A stretch of 37,390 nucleotides of DNA from the NCBI GenBank assembly GCA_003219345.1, contig QHOP01000091.1:1-37390 (forward strand). The letters run 5' to 3'. Shown piece after piece: positions 27,396 through 34,622 of this stretch. Numbering within the stretch: position 1 is the stretch's first letter; each line of letters begins with the position of its first letter. Origin of the DNA: Verrucomicrobiota bacterium (GTDB taxonomy: Bacteria; Verrucomicrobiota; Verrucomicrobiia; Limisphaerales; AV2). The position numbers and the translations under genes were made by a program. The notes under the pieces were generated by a model. The model had not been told where the DNA came from and made no database searches. It saw only the letters and a list, made by a program, of their open reading frames with translations.

Positions 27396-28641
27396 TTCCG
27401 GCCACGGCCAAGGATGGCTGGGCTGGCTTGATCGACGTTACCAAATCACGCCCCTCATCGAATTCCTGCGTCACAAGGAGGTGCCTAAAGGGCCGCACTC
27501 GATGGTTTGGTATTACCTCGGCGGGATGACGATGTTCTTTTTCCTGGTCCAAGTCGTTACCGGAGTGCTCCTCTTGATGTACTACCAACCAGGCGAAGCC
27601 ACAGCCTACGAAAGCATTCGCTACCTGACGACCAAGGTGCCTTTTGGTTGGTTGATGCGTTCGGTCCATTGTTGGAGTGCGCACCTGATGATCATCTCGC
27701 TGGTAACGCACATGTTCAGCACGATGATGCTGAAAGCGTACCGTCCGCCGCGCGAGTTGACGTGGGTCACCGGCTACATCCTGTTTGCCCTTACCCTGGG
27801 CTTTGGCTTTTCCGGGTATCTGCTGCCGTGGAACAAGCTGGCCTTTTTCGCGACTTCGGTCGGGACCGACCTCGTCAAGTCGGTGCCACTGATCGGGAAC
27901 TGGCTGTTGCAAGTATTGCGGGGCGGCCCGGATGTGACCGCCAATACCCTGTATCGCTTCTTCGCGCTTCACGTTGTCATTTTGCCGCTGGCGTTTGTGA
28001 GCCTCATTGGCGTTCATCTCTTGTTTGTTCAACGCCAGGGCATGGCCCCGCCCCTTGGCGCCAAAGTCGCGCCTAGGGGAATGAGGTTTTTCCCCAGCTT
28101 TGCGCTGCGAGATCTGCTCTTGTGGTTGGTTTGCTTCATGGTTTTGTTGGTCTTGGCGGTGTTCGTCCCGTATGGTCCGGGAATCCCGGGTATGGACTGG
28201 GAATTGGGCCAGAAAGCTGACCCGTTGGCGCCGGCGTTTCCCGGTATTAAACCGGAGTGGTATTTCTTGTGGGAGTATCAGTTGCTGAAGGAATTTCCCC
28301 CGCACCTGTTTGGCTTGGAAGGGCCGCAATTGTGTTTGCTGGTCGTAAGTCTTCTCCTGGGCATCTGGGCCATCATTCCGTGGCTGGACCGACAAGCGCA
28401 GCGTGAGCAGCCATCGCCCGGCTTCAGTGACTTCGGCTGGGGCGCAATCCTGTTTCTGACGTTCCTGACGCTGAAGGCTTGGGACATTGGCGCTATGGAG
28501 CCTGCCACTTCCGGGTCTTCATTGAAAGTCATATCCCGAACCTGCGCCTGGTGGACCATTGGTGCCGGCGCGGTGATCATTGGAATTCGTTGGCTGCTCC
28601 AGTCATCGCGGCAGTCCTCGCCGCCGTCGGCATCGCGATGA
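27388..28641 (+). CDS. Cytochrome b (fused b6-like N-terminal part plus subunit-IV-like C-terminal part)
   Basis: About 417 aa from the GTG at 27388, with AGGAGG 4 nt upstream and an 8-nt overlap with the Rieske gene; TTG 27367 is the alternative start. The heme ligand pairs are H-x13-H (HCWSAHLMIISLVTH) and H-x14-H (HVVILPLAFVSLIGVH). The Qo-site motif is KPEWYFLWEY. The YYLGG segment has no Cys that would bind heme ci. Confidence 0.9.
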   Translation: MSDSGHGQGWLGWLDRRYQITPLIEFLRHKEVPKGPHSMVWYYLGGMTMFFFLVQVVTGVLLLMYYQPGEATAYESIRYLTTKVPFGWLMRSVHCWSAHLMIISLVTHMFSTMMLKAYRPPRELTWVTGYILFALTLGFGFSGYLLPWNKLAFFATSVGTDLVKSVPLIGNWLLQVLRGGPDVTANTLYRFFALHVVILPLAFVSLIGVHLLFVQRQGMAPPLGAKVAPRGMRFFPSFALRDLLLWLVCFMVLLVLAVFVPYGPGIPGMDWELGQKADPLAPAFPGIKPEWYFLWEYQLLKEFPPHLFGLEGPQLCLLVVSLLLGIWAIIPWLDRQAQREQPSPGFSDFGWGAILFLTFLTLKAWDIGAMEPATSGSSLKVISRTCAWWTIGAGAVIIGIRWLLQSSRQSSPPSASR

Positions 28642-28687
28642 TTTTTCTTCGGACGGCCGAAAGGAGAGTTAATCCGGGAGGTTCACG

Positions 28688-30232
28688 ATGAGAATCATTT
28701 CGTCTTTCCTATGCCCGGTCCTGTGCGTCTCCCTGGCAGCCGTTGCGGCGGATGAAAAACCGGGCGTCATTCCCGAAAAGCTGGCAGGATTGTTTGCCGC
28801 ACAAGGGAAGGATGGCAAACCGACAATCACTCCGGAACAGCGAACCTACTTTGACGGGTTGAATGATCGCCTCAAAGCTCTCCTCATCAAGACGGTTGAG
28901 GCGGAGGTCATCACTCGCCCCGAGCATTTGGGGACCATCCTGGCGCTGGGCTTGCGTCCGCAAAAGATGGAGATTCTCTTACAAGACAATTGCATCCTGT
29001 GTCACACGGACCCCGAAGTGCAGAAGCCCGAAACGCTTCTTACTCTTTCTCCGGCGCCGGGCAAAACCCCCTCGCATCTGAATCTGCAGGACTTTGTTGA
29101 TGATGTTCATTTTCTCCGCGGCCTGTCCTGTGCCGGTTGCCACGGTGGGGATCCTGGCAGCGACAAGCTCGAACACTCTTTTGTCAAGGAATGGCCAAGC
29201 GCCGGCCGTGACAAGGATCGTGGTTGGATTCTTTCTTTCTGCGCACGCTGCCATTCCGACTCGACGTTCATGAATCGATTCAATCCCGCGTTGCCTACCG
29301 ACCAGTTGGCGAAGTACAAAGACAGCCCGCACGGAAAGTTCCTGCTGGAAGCCCGAGACGCCCGCGCTCCCGATTGCTTGAGTTGTCACGGTGTCCACGG
29401 CATCCGCAGCGCCAAAAACCCGCTCTCGAAGGTTTACCGCAAGCGGGTCCCGGAAACCTGCGGCGCCTGCCACTCAGATGCCAAGCGGATGGCCGGCCTG
29501 ACTCTGTCCGACGGTTCGCCCATGCCCACCAACCAACTCGCGGAATACCGCGCCAGCGTGCACGGTCGCGCGTTGCTGGAGCGCGGCGATCTGGGCGCGC
29601 CGGCGTGCAACAACTGTCACGGCAACCATGCCGCTATGCCGACTGGCCTGTCGAGCGTGAGCCAGAGCTGCAGTCTCTGCCACGCGGGCAACGCCAGCTT
29701 GTTCGATGGCAGCAAACACAAGCAGGCTTTCGAGGAGCACAAATGGCCCCAGTGCGCGAAGTGCCACGGGAACCATGTCATCGCCAAGACGCACGATTCG
29801 ATGTTAGCCGCCGGGCAGGAATCCTTGTGCAACAAATGTCATCAGCAATACGCCAAGGACAATCCCGAGTGCAACGCAACCGCGACTTACTTTTACACCT
29901 CGCTAGCGCAGATGGACCAGGTCTGGAACGAGTTTGGCGTCACCGCTGATCGATTGGCCATGAAAGGCCTGGACGTGGACCCGATCCACGACAAGTTGAA
30001 CGAATTGGCGGACAGCTTGAAACAGGCTCGTTCTCACATTCACTCATTCAGCAAAAACGACTTCCAGCGAGCCGCCGATCCGGGAGAGAAAGCCGTTCTG
30101 GGCATTTCCAGGTTGGTTGAAGAAGCGAAGGCAGAATATCGGTTCCGGCAACTCGGTTTGGTCACGACCATCGCATTGATGGGATTAGTGATGTTGGCTC
30201 TCTATGTTAAGCTTCGCCGTCTCGAACGTTAA
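28688..30232 (+). CDS. Membrane-anchored nine-heme c-type cytochrome (bc-complex-associated)
   Basis: 514 aa with a signal peptide. There are nine CxxCH motifs: CILCH, CAGCH, CARCH, CLSCH, CGACH, CNNCH, CSLCH, CAKCH and CNKCH. A C-terminal TM helix (LGLVTTIALMGLVMLALYV) is present, and GGGAGG precedes the ATG. Confidence 0.9.
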   Translation: MRIISSFLCPVLCVSLAAVAADEKPGVIPEKLAGLFAAQGKDGKPTITPEQRTYFDGLNDRLKALLIKTVEAEVITRPEHLGTILALGLRPQKMEILLQDNCILCHTDPEVQKPETLLTLSPAPGKTPSHLNLQDFVDDVHFLRGLSCAGCHGGDPGSDKLEHSFVKEWPSAGRDKDRGWILSFCARCHSDSTFMNRFNPALPTDQLAKYKDSPHGKFLLEARDARAPDCLSCHGVHGIRSAKNPLSKVYRKRVPETCGACHSDAKRMAGLTLSDGSPMPTNQLAEYRASVHGRALLERGDLGAPACNNCHGNHAAMPTGLSSVSQSCSLCHAGNASLFDGSKHKQAFEEHKWPQCAKCHGNHVIAKTHDSMLAAGQESLCNKCHQQYAKDNPECNATATYFYTSLAQMDQVWNEFGVTADRLAMKGLDVDPIHDKLNELADSLKQARSHIHSFSKNDFQRAADPGEKAVLGISRLVEEAKAEYRFRQLGLVTTIALMGLVMLALYVKLRRLER

Positions 30233-30470
30233 TACGGCCGCGGTGATTAACGATGCGTCCATCGCAACCTCCTCGCCCGTCGGACAGGCCAGTGTGAATG
30301 CCCGCGGAGAAGATTGCGGCCCGCGCGACTACCGTCATGTGTGTGCGGACAGATATTTCTTTCCACACAGAGGCCATTCTTCACCATGGAATTACTGAGC
30401 GGTCCCTCGCATAAACGACACCCAGAGACTGTCGAACCGTTGTTTCCCCCCACCCTGACCCGAAATTGAC

Positions 30471-30525
30471 TCAGTCCCGATCTTGCGCGCTTGCGTGAAT
30501 TGACAAACGCGCAACCTTTTCTTGC
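30471..30525 (+). repeat. Hairpin-containing ~55-bp extragenic repeat, copy A
   Basis: TCAGTCCCGATCTTGCGCGCTTGCGTGAATTGACAAACGCGCAACCTTTTCTTGC is about 85% identical by eye to 34623-34676. Its stem is TTGCGCG/CGCGCAA around GAATTGACAA, and TTTTCTT follows. Confidence 0.75.
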
Positions 30526-30540
30526 CATGTACTGGGGAGT

Positions 30541-30580
30541 CCCTTGGATAAGGCGACAGTCACCGACTCTTATCCAAGGG
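30541..30580. repeat. Perfect 12-bp inverted repeat (stem-loop)
   Basis: CCCTTGGATAAG (30541-30552), a 16-nt loop, then CTTATCCAAGGG (30569-30580). It extends by 4 more base pairs (GGAG/CTCC) after one mismatch. It sits between the two repeat elements of the 505-bp intergenic region. Confidence 0.85.
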
Positions 30581-30593
30581 CCTCCTCAGTAAG

Positions 30594-30732
30594 CCATTCG
30601 CTGCACAGGCGATGGCAACCAACGGTTAGTTATTGGCAATAGAGGTGGAGCAGTTCCCTGTCATTCATGGTATCCAAACAAAATCCTGATGACCTTCCGA
30701 TGGTCAAAGACTAGCGCGGTCACGCGAAGTTA
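30594..30732 (+). repeat. Conserved ~140-bp leader/regulatory element, copy 2 (upstream of the cytochrome c / porin / diheme operon)
   Basis: See copy 1 (23630-23769). It ends 5 nt before the ATG at 30737. Similarity continues through the ATG (ATGAAGTACC versus ATGAAAAGCC). Confidence 0.9.
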
Positions 30733-30736
30733 GCAG

Positions 30737-31114
30737 ATGAAGTACCGACAAATTAAAGCTACTAAAAATATGAACCGACCCAGCTCCTTGAAATCACGTC
30801 TGTGGACCGGCGCCAGCGTCGCGGTGCTTGGAGCGCTCCTTTACGCTCTGTCCAGCGTTTTCGTTCCCGGCGCAGGTGCCAAAGCGGAAAAGAAAACAGA
30901 AAAAAGGGTCGAGAAAAAGCCGGAGAAGAAAAAGCTCAGCGGAGCGGAGCTGTATTCGATGCATTGTAACAGGTGCCACCCCGAACGTTATCCAACGGAG
31001 AGGACCGCGGCGCAATGGAAAACCATCCTGCTCCACATGCGCGTGCGGGCGAACCTTCCTGCCGAACAGTCGCAGATGATCCTCAAATACCTGCAGGACA
31101 ACAGCGGACGATAA
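30737..31114 (+). CDS. Membrane-anchored monoheme c-type cytochrome
   Basis: 125 aa (alternative Met at codon 12). It has an N-terminal TM/signal anchor (LWTGASVAVLGALLYALSSVFV), a Lys/Glu-rich linker (KAEKKTEKRVEKKPEKKK) and a single heme motif CNRCHPERYP followed by WKTILLHMRVRANL. Confidence 0.8.
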   Translation: MKYRQIKATKNMNRPSSLKSRLWTGASVAVLGALLYALSSVFVPGAGAKAEKKTEKRVEKKPEKKKLSGAELYSMHCNRCHPERYPTERTAAQWKTILLHMRVRANLPAEQSQMILKYLQDNSGR

Positions 31115-31150
31115 GCGGCTGAACCCGGATAAAATGGCAAAAACGTTAGC

Positions 31151-32530
31151 ATGAAAACACGTTCCTTCGCGTTGGGATGCGCGTGCATATGCTGTGCGCT
31201 AGTGGTTCCGCTACCGGTCGGGACAGCGGCCGCTATCGACGACCAGCAGTTCAACGAATTGAAAGACCTAGTCACCAAACTAGGCCAGAAAATCGAAACA
31301 CAGGACCAACGGATCGAGCAACTGGAAAAAACACATGCGCAAGATGCGCAGGTCCACGCGCAAGATCAGAAGACTCATGAACAGGACCAGCAGAAAATCC
31401 AGGAACTGCAGCAAAAGCTGGGAGAAACACAACAAGCAGTCTCGAACGTCCAAACGGCGGCGATAGCGGTCCCAGTGGAACCGCTGCCTCGGGTGCCGCT
31501 GGACGAGGCCACCGTCAACCATAACTTCTCCATTCTCGGTGATGCTGAGTTTCAATACGCCAAGACCTCGGGCCAGCATGGGACATTTTTGTTCGCGGAT
31601 TTTGCGCCCATTTTCCTATATCGGGGCGGAGAGAAGGTCCTGTTCGAGGCCGGTTTCGATTTTGGTTTGCAGAATAACGCTCCGAACAGTCCCGGGGCCA
31701 CTACGACCATCAATCTAAGCTTCGCCCAATTGGATTACCTGATGAACGATTATGTGACATTGGTGGCGGGAGACATGGTGCTGCCTCTCGGCACTTATAG
31801 CGAGCGGACCGCGGGCTGGTTGAACAAAATTCCTGATGATCCATTGCCTCGCGACCTGCTGCCAGGTGCGGGCGTGGGGGCGCAGTTACGAGGGGCTGTT
31901 CCGCTGGGCGAGAGCGGAAAGTTAATCAACTATTCCGTGTGGGGTGTGAATGGGGCAAGCTCGGCGGATGGCACCGGCAATGCCGATCAACTGGATTTGG
32001 GTGGGAACGTGGGCCTGCGGTCGGACAATGCGGTGGCCAATTTGCACGGCAAACCGAGCGGCGGCGCGCGCGTGGGGTGGTTTATGCCTTTCAAGCCCCA
32101 CTACGATCTGGAACTGGGCCTTTCGGGTCAATCGGGGGAATGGGATAACGCGGGACAGCATCTGTGGTCCGCGGGCGTGCTGGACGCCAGCCTGCACCTG
32201 GGATCGACCGTTGAGGTCAAGGGCGAATATATCCGCAGTTGCTATGGAAGCGACGATCACGGGAACGTCCGACCCGAGGGATGGTGGTTGCAGGCCAGCT
32301 ATAAGCTCGTTGGATTAAATCTGGATTGGCCGGTTATCAATAACCTGGAACTGGTGAACCGGTATGACAGTATCCACGATGGCCTGGGCACTCGGACCCG
32401 GCGGTATACTCTGGGCTATATCTACTATTTTTCGAATACGCTGCTGTTCGAAGGAGGTTATGAATTTCTCCACAGCAATGATCCAACTCAGAAAGACCAG
32501 TTGATTTTCCAACTTTCCTATGGGTTTTGA
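31151..32530 (+). CDS. Outer-membrane porin with N-terminal coiled coil (phosphate-selective porin O/P-like organisation)
   Basis: 459 aa with a signal peptide. It has a Gln/His-rich heptad coiled coil (LEKTHAQDAQVHAQDQKTHEQDQQKIQELQQKL) followed by a beta-strand-rich region. It ends in the barrel terminal signature LIFQLSYGF. Confidence 0.7.
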   Translation: MKTRSFALGCACICCALVVPLPVGTAAAIDDQQFNELKDLVTKLGQKIETQDQRIEQLEKTHAQDAQVHAQDQKTHEQDQQKIQELQQKLGETQQAVSNVQTAAIAVPVEPLPRVPLDEATVNHNFSILGDAEFQYAKTSGQHGTFLFADFAPIFLYRGGEKVLFEAGFDFGLQNNAPNSPGATTTINLSFAQLDYLMNDYVTLVAGDMVLPLGTYSERTAGWLNKIPDDPLPRDLLPGAGVGAQLRGAVPLGESGKLINYSVWGVNGASSADGTGNADQLDLGGNVGLRSDNAVANLHGKPSGGARVGWFMPFKPHYDLELGLSGQSGEWDNAGQHLWSAGVLDASLHLGSTVEVKGEYIRSCYGSDDHGNVRPEGWWLQASYKLVGLNLDWPVINNLELVNRYDSIHDGLGTRTRRYTLGYIYYFSNTLLFEGGYEFLHSNDPTQKDQLIFQLSYGF

Positions 32531-33389
32531 AGCCTTCATGTTGAAAATCGAACCTGATTATTACCAACATACTATGCCCACATGCATATTCCATAACAGC
32601 AAGCGGTCGCGTTTAATCCGAGCCTGTCTCCTGGCCACGCTCGCGTGCCTATCCAGCACTTGGGCTTTGGCGCAGAGCGCCTCCGCAACGACGGAATCAA
32701 CGAATCAAGCGCCAACTTACCTACGGGACGTATTGCCTATCATCATGGGAAAGTGCTCCAGATGCCATAACGAGCAAGCGCGGTTTGTTTACAATTGGCT
32801 GGATTACCGGACGGCCTATGCAGATCGCTGGGAGATCAGAAGACGGTTGTGGGACAGTTGGAAGGGGACTTATTTCAAGGAATCAATGCCGATCGCGAAT
32901 AGTCCTGAATCATTGGCGATCACCGATGAGGAACGGTTAACGATCCGGAATTGGGTGGCTGCCGGTGCGCTTCGTGGTGTTACTCCGCCGCCAGGCGCGC
33001 CAAAATCCAAAGCTGAGAAAATTGAGCTTGGCAGGCGTCTGTTTACTTCCATCTGCGCAGCTTGTCATCAGCCGACGGGCCAGGGACTCCCGAACGTATT
33101 TCCACCTCTGGCCAGCTCGGATTTTCTAAATGCGGACAAGAACAGAGCGATAAAAATTGTAATCAATGGCCGGCAGGGAGAGCTGATTGTCAATGGAAGA
33201 AAATTCAACAATAGCATGCCTCAGTTTCCACTTAGCGATGACGATATCGCCAACGCCCTGACCTTCGTTTACAACTCATTCGGAAACGCGGGACTTGAGG
33301 TCAAACCGGAAGAAGTCAAATTCCTTCGCACCCAGCCGCCCGATCCAGAAGGACCAAGAGGCATCCCTCAGAAGAGCCCATACGAGTGA
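32520..33389 (+). CDS. Diheme c-type cytochrome (N-terminal PVC-type heme domain plus C-terminal class I domain)
   Basis: 289-aa ORF; the start is uncertain (Mets at 32520, 32538 and 32574, the last preceding a signal peptide LLATLACLSSTWALA). The heme motifs are GKCSRCHNEQ and ICAACHQPTGQGLP. The C-terminal domain is clearly similar to the NirK C-terminal heme domain. Confidence 0.8.
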   Translation: MGFEAFMLKIEPDYYQHTMPTCIFHNSKRSRLIRACLLATLACLSSTWALAQSASATTESTNQAPTYLRDVLPIIMGKCSRCHNEQARFVYNWLDYRTAYADRWEIRRRLWDSWKGTYFKESMPIANSPESLAITDEERLTIRNWVAAGALRGVTPPPGAPKSKAEKIELGRRLFTSICAACHQPTGQGLPNVFPPLASSDFLNADKNRAIKIVINGRQGELIVNGRKFNNSMPQFPLSDDDIANALTFVYNSFGNAGLEVKPEEVKFLRTQPPDPEGPRGIPQKSPYE

Positions 33390-33396
33390 CCGACAG

Positions 33397-33552
33397 ATCG
33401 AAGCGCGGGAGTCCTATAACTTCACCGAGGACGCGCATCCCATCCACATTCGGGCAGACCTATAGCGCGCTGTGGAGGAAGCGGTCGCCGCGAATCCGGA
33501 CTGGTTTCTCATCACCAGTTGGAACGAGCGGCACGAAGGAAGCGAAATCTAA
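33397..33552 (+). pseudogene. Relic of a glycoside-hydrolase-like gene (GH99-like SWNEWHEG...IEP motif) with in-frame stops
   Basis: One frame reads ...ESYNFTEDAHPIHIRADL*RAVEEAVAANPDWFLITSWNERHEGSEI*PSVENG. It has stops at 33463-33465 and 33550-33552, the second exactly where the family motif expects Glu (EIEPS). There is no start codon or N-terminal part. Confidence 0.4.
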
Positions 33553-33711
33553 CCGTCCGTGGAAAACGGGCCCGCGCGCTTTTAAAGACGACCGCCTCGT
33601 TTGCGTCGAAGTTCCGGTCGCTCAATGCAAGAACACCATAGAGAATGCGCTTCAAGCCGGAGGAGGCGTATCTTTGCAGTAAAACAAAACCAATAAAGAG
33701 AAAGGTCCCGT

Positions 33712-33999
33712 ATGCCCCGTTACCTCAGCCTGATTAAGTTCTCCGAACAAGGCGCCAAGAACCTCAAGCAGTCCACCGCCCGCGCCGCGGCTTTCCGCAA
33801 CGCCGCTGAGAAGGCAGGCGTGAAAATCGAAGGCCAGTATTGGACAGTCGGCGCTTACGACGGCGCGCTCATTCTCCGCGCTGACGACGAGCAGAAGGCG
33901 TTGCGTTGTCTAACCGAACTCGCGACGCTCGGCAACGTGCGCACCGAGACCATGCAGGCGTTCATCGACACCGAATTCGGCGCCATCGTCGGCCGGTAG
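33712..33999 (+). CDS. GYD domain-containing protein
   Basis: 95 aa. MPRYLSLIKFSEQGAKNLKQS...YWTVGAYDGALIL...LGNVRTETMQAF matches the GYD-family pattern. Confidence 0.8.
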   Translation: MPRYLSLIKFSEQGAKNLKQSTARAAAFRNAAEKAGVKIEGQYWTVGAYDGALILRADDEQKALRCLTELATLGNVRTETMQAFIDTEFGAIVGR

Positions 34000-34005
34000 A
34001 GCGCA

Positions 34006-34269
34006 CTACGCGCGCACAGGTTCGACCAAAATGGTCTGAGCCAGTTGCGCGCTGATGGCGAGGCGCGCGTTGCAGACCAGACAGATGATGTTGGTCTGGC
34101 TGGTGAGCAGCTTGACGACCTGGTCTTCGCAGAAGCTGATTTCCCGCAGCCGCCGGCTCACCTCGGACGACGCGCACACTTTTTTGATCCGCACCGCCAA
34201 ACCGGCGCGCACGCGGTTCAATGGACAAAGAGCGCACTGGTCGCTCACCTCGCTGTTCTTCATGACCAC
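34006..34269 (-). CDS. FeoA-domain (SH3-like) small protein
   Basis: 87 aa. CPLNRVRAGLAVRIKKVCASSEVSRRLREISFCEDQVVKLLTSQTNIICLVCNARLAISAQLAQTILVEP follows the FeoA pattern (L..l..G....I..i......rrL.elG...g..v.......p.i....g..iai....A..I.V). It directly abuts the upstream gene's stop. Confidence 0.6.
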   Translation of the reverse strand: MVMKNSEVSDQCALCPLNRVRAGLAVRIKKVCASSEVSRRLREISFCEDQVVKLLTSQTNIICLVCNARLAISAQLAQTILVEPVRA

Positions 34270-34569
34270 TTAGTGCGAATGCGCCGGCGTGAGATTCGTG
34301 GCTGTGGCGGTGACGGCGATTGCCGCGGGATTCGCAGGCCTCACAGCATAGCGCTCGGCCAATCCCAGTCGCGCACGTTCCTCTTCGTCGAAGCTGGCGA
34401 CTTCCTTTTGGAGCATGAAAGTCAGGAGGAACAATCCAAAGAAAATGGCGCCGACCGGCATCGCCACTGTCCAACCGACTGGAATTTCGGAGCTGCCAAA
34501 CGTCACCACGCTCCCGACAGCAAATGCGGTCAGAGAAACGGCCAATAACGCTTTCGGTATTCTTGTCAT
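34270..34569 (-). CDS. Small membrane protein (two predicted TM helices)
   Basis: 99 aa. It has the hydrophobic segments ALLAVSLTAFAVGSVVTF and VAMPVGAIFFGLFLLTFML. Its stop is contiguous with the FeoA-like ATG. Confidence 0.55.
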   Translation of the reverse strand: MTRIPKALLAVSLTAFAVGSVVTFGSSEIPVGWTVAMPVGAIFFGLFLLTFMLQKEVASFDEEERARLGLAERYAVRPANPAAIAVTATATNLTPAHSH

Positions 34570-34622
34570 AGTTCAATTCGCTTCAGTTGATGATTCATTC
34601 ATCAACTTGACAAGAAACTGCC

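Noticed and set aside
30247-30528. The 93-aa minus-strand ORF in the long intergenic region.
   Set aside because: It starts inside the hairpin repeat. The homologous repeat copy at 34623-34676 has indels that shift the frame, and its ATG-initiated ORF stops after 21 codons. Conservation is therefore at the nucleotide level, not the protein level.
33386-33682. The 98-aa ORF in the track taken as a real gene.
   Set aside because: Its composition is Arg/Ser/Pro-rich. A different frame across the same DNA carries a recognisable but stop-interrupted hydrolase motif, so the region is better explained as a gene relic.
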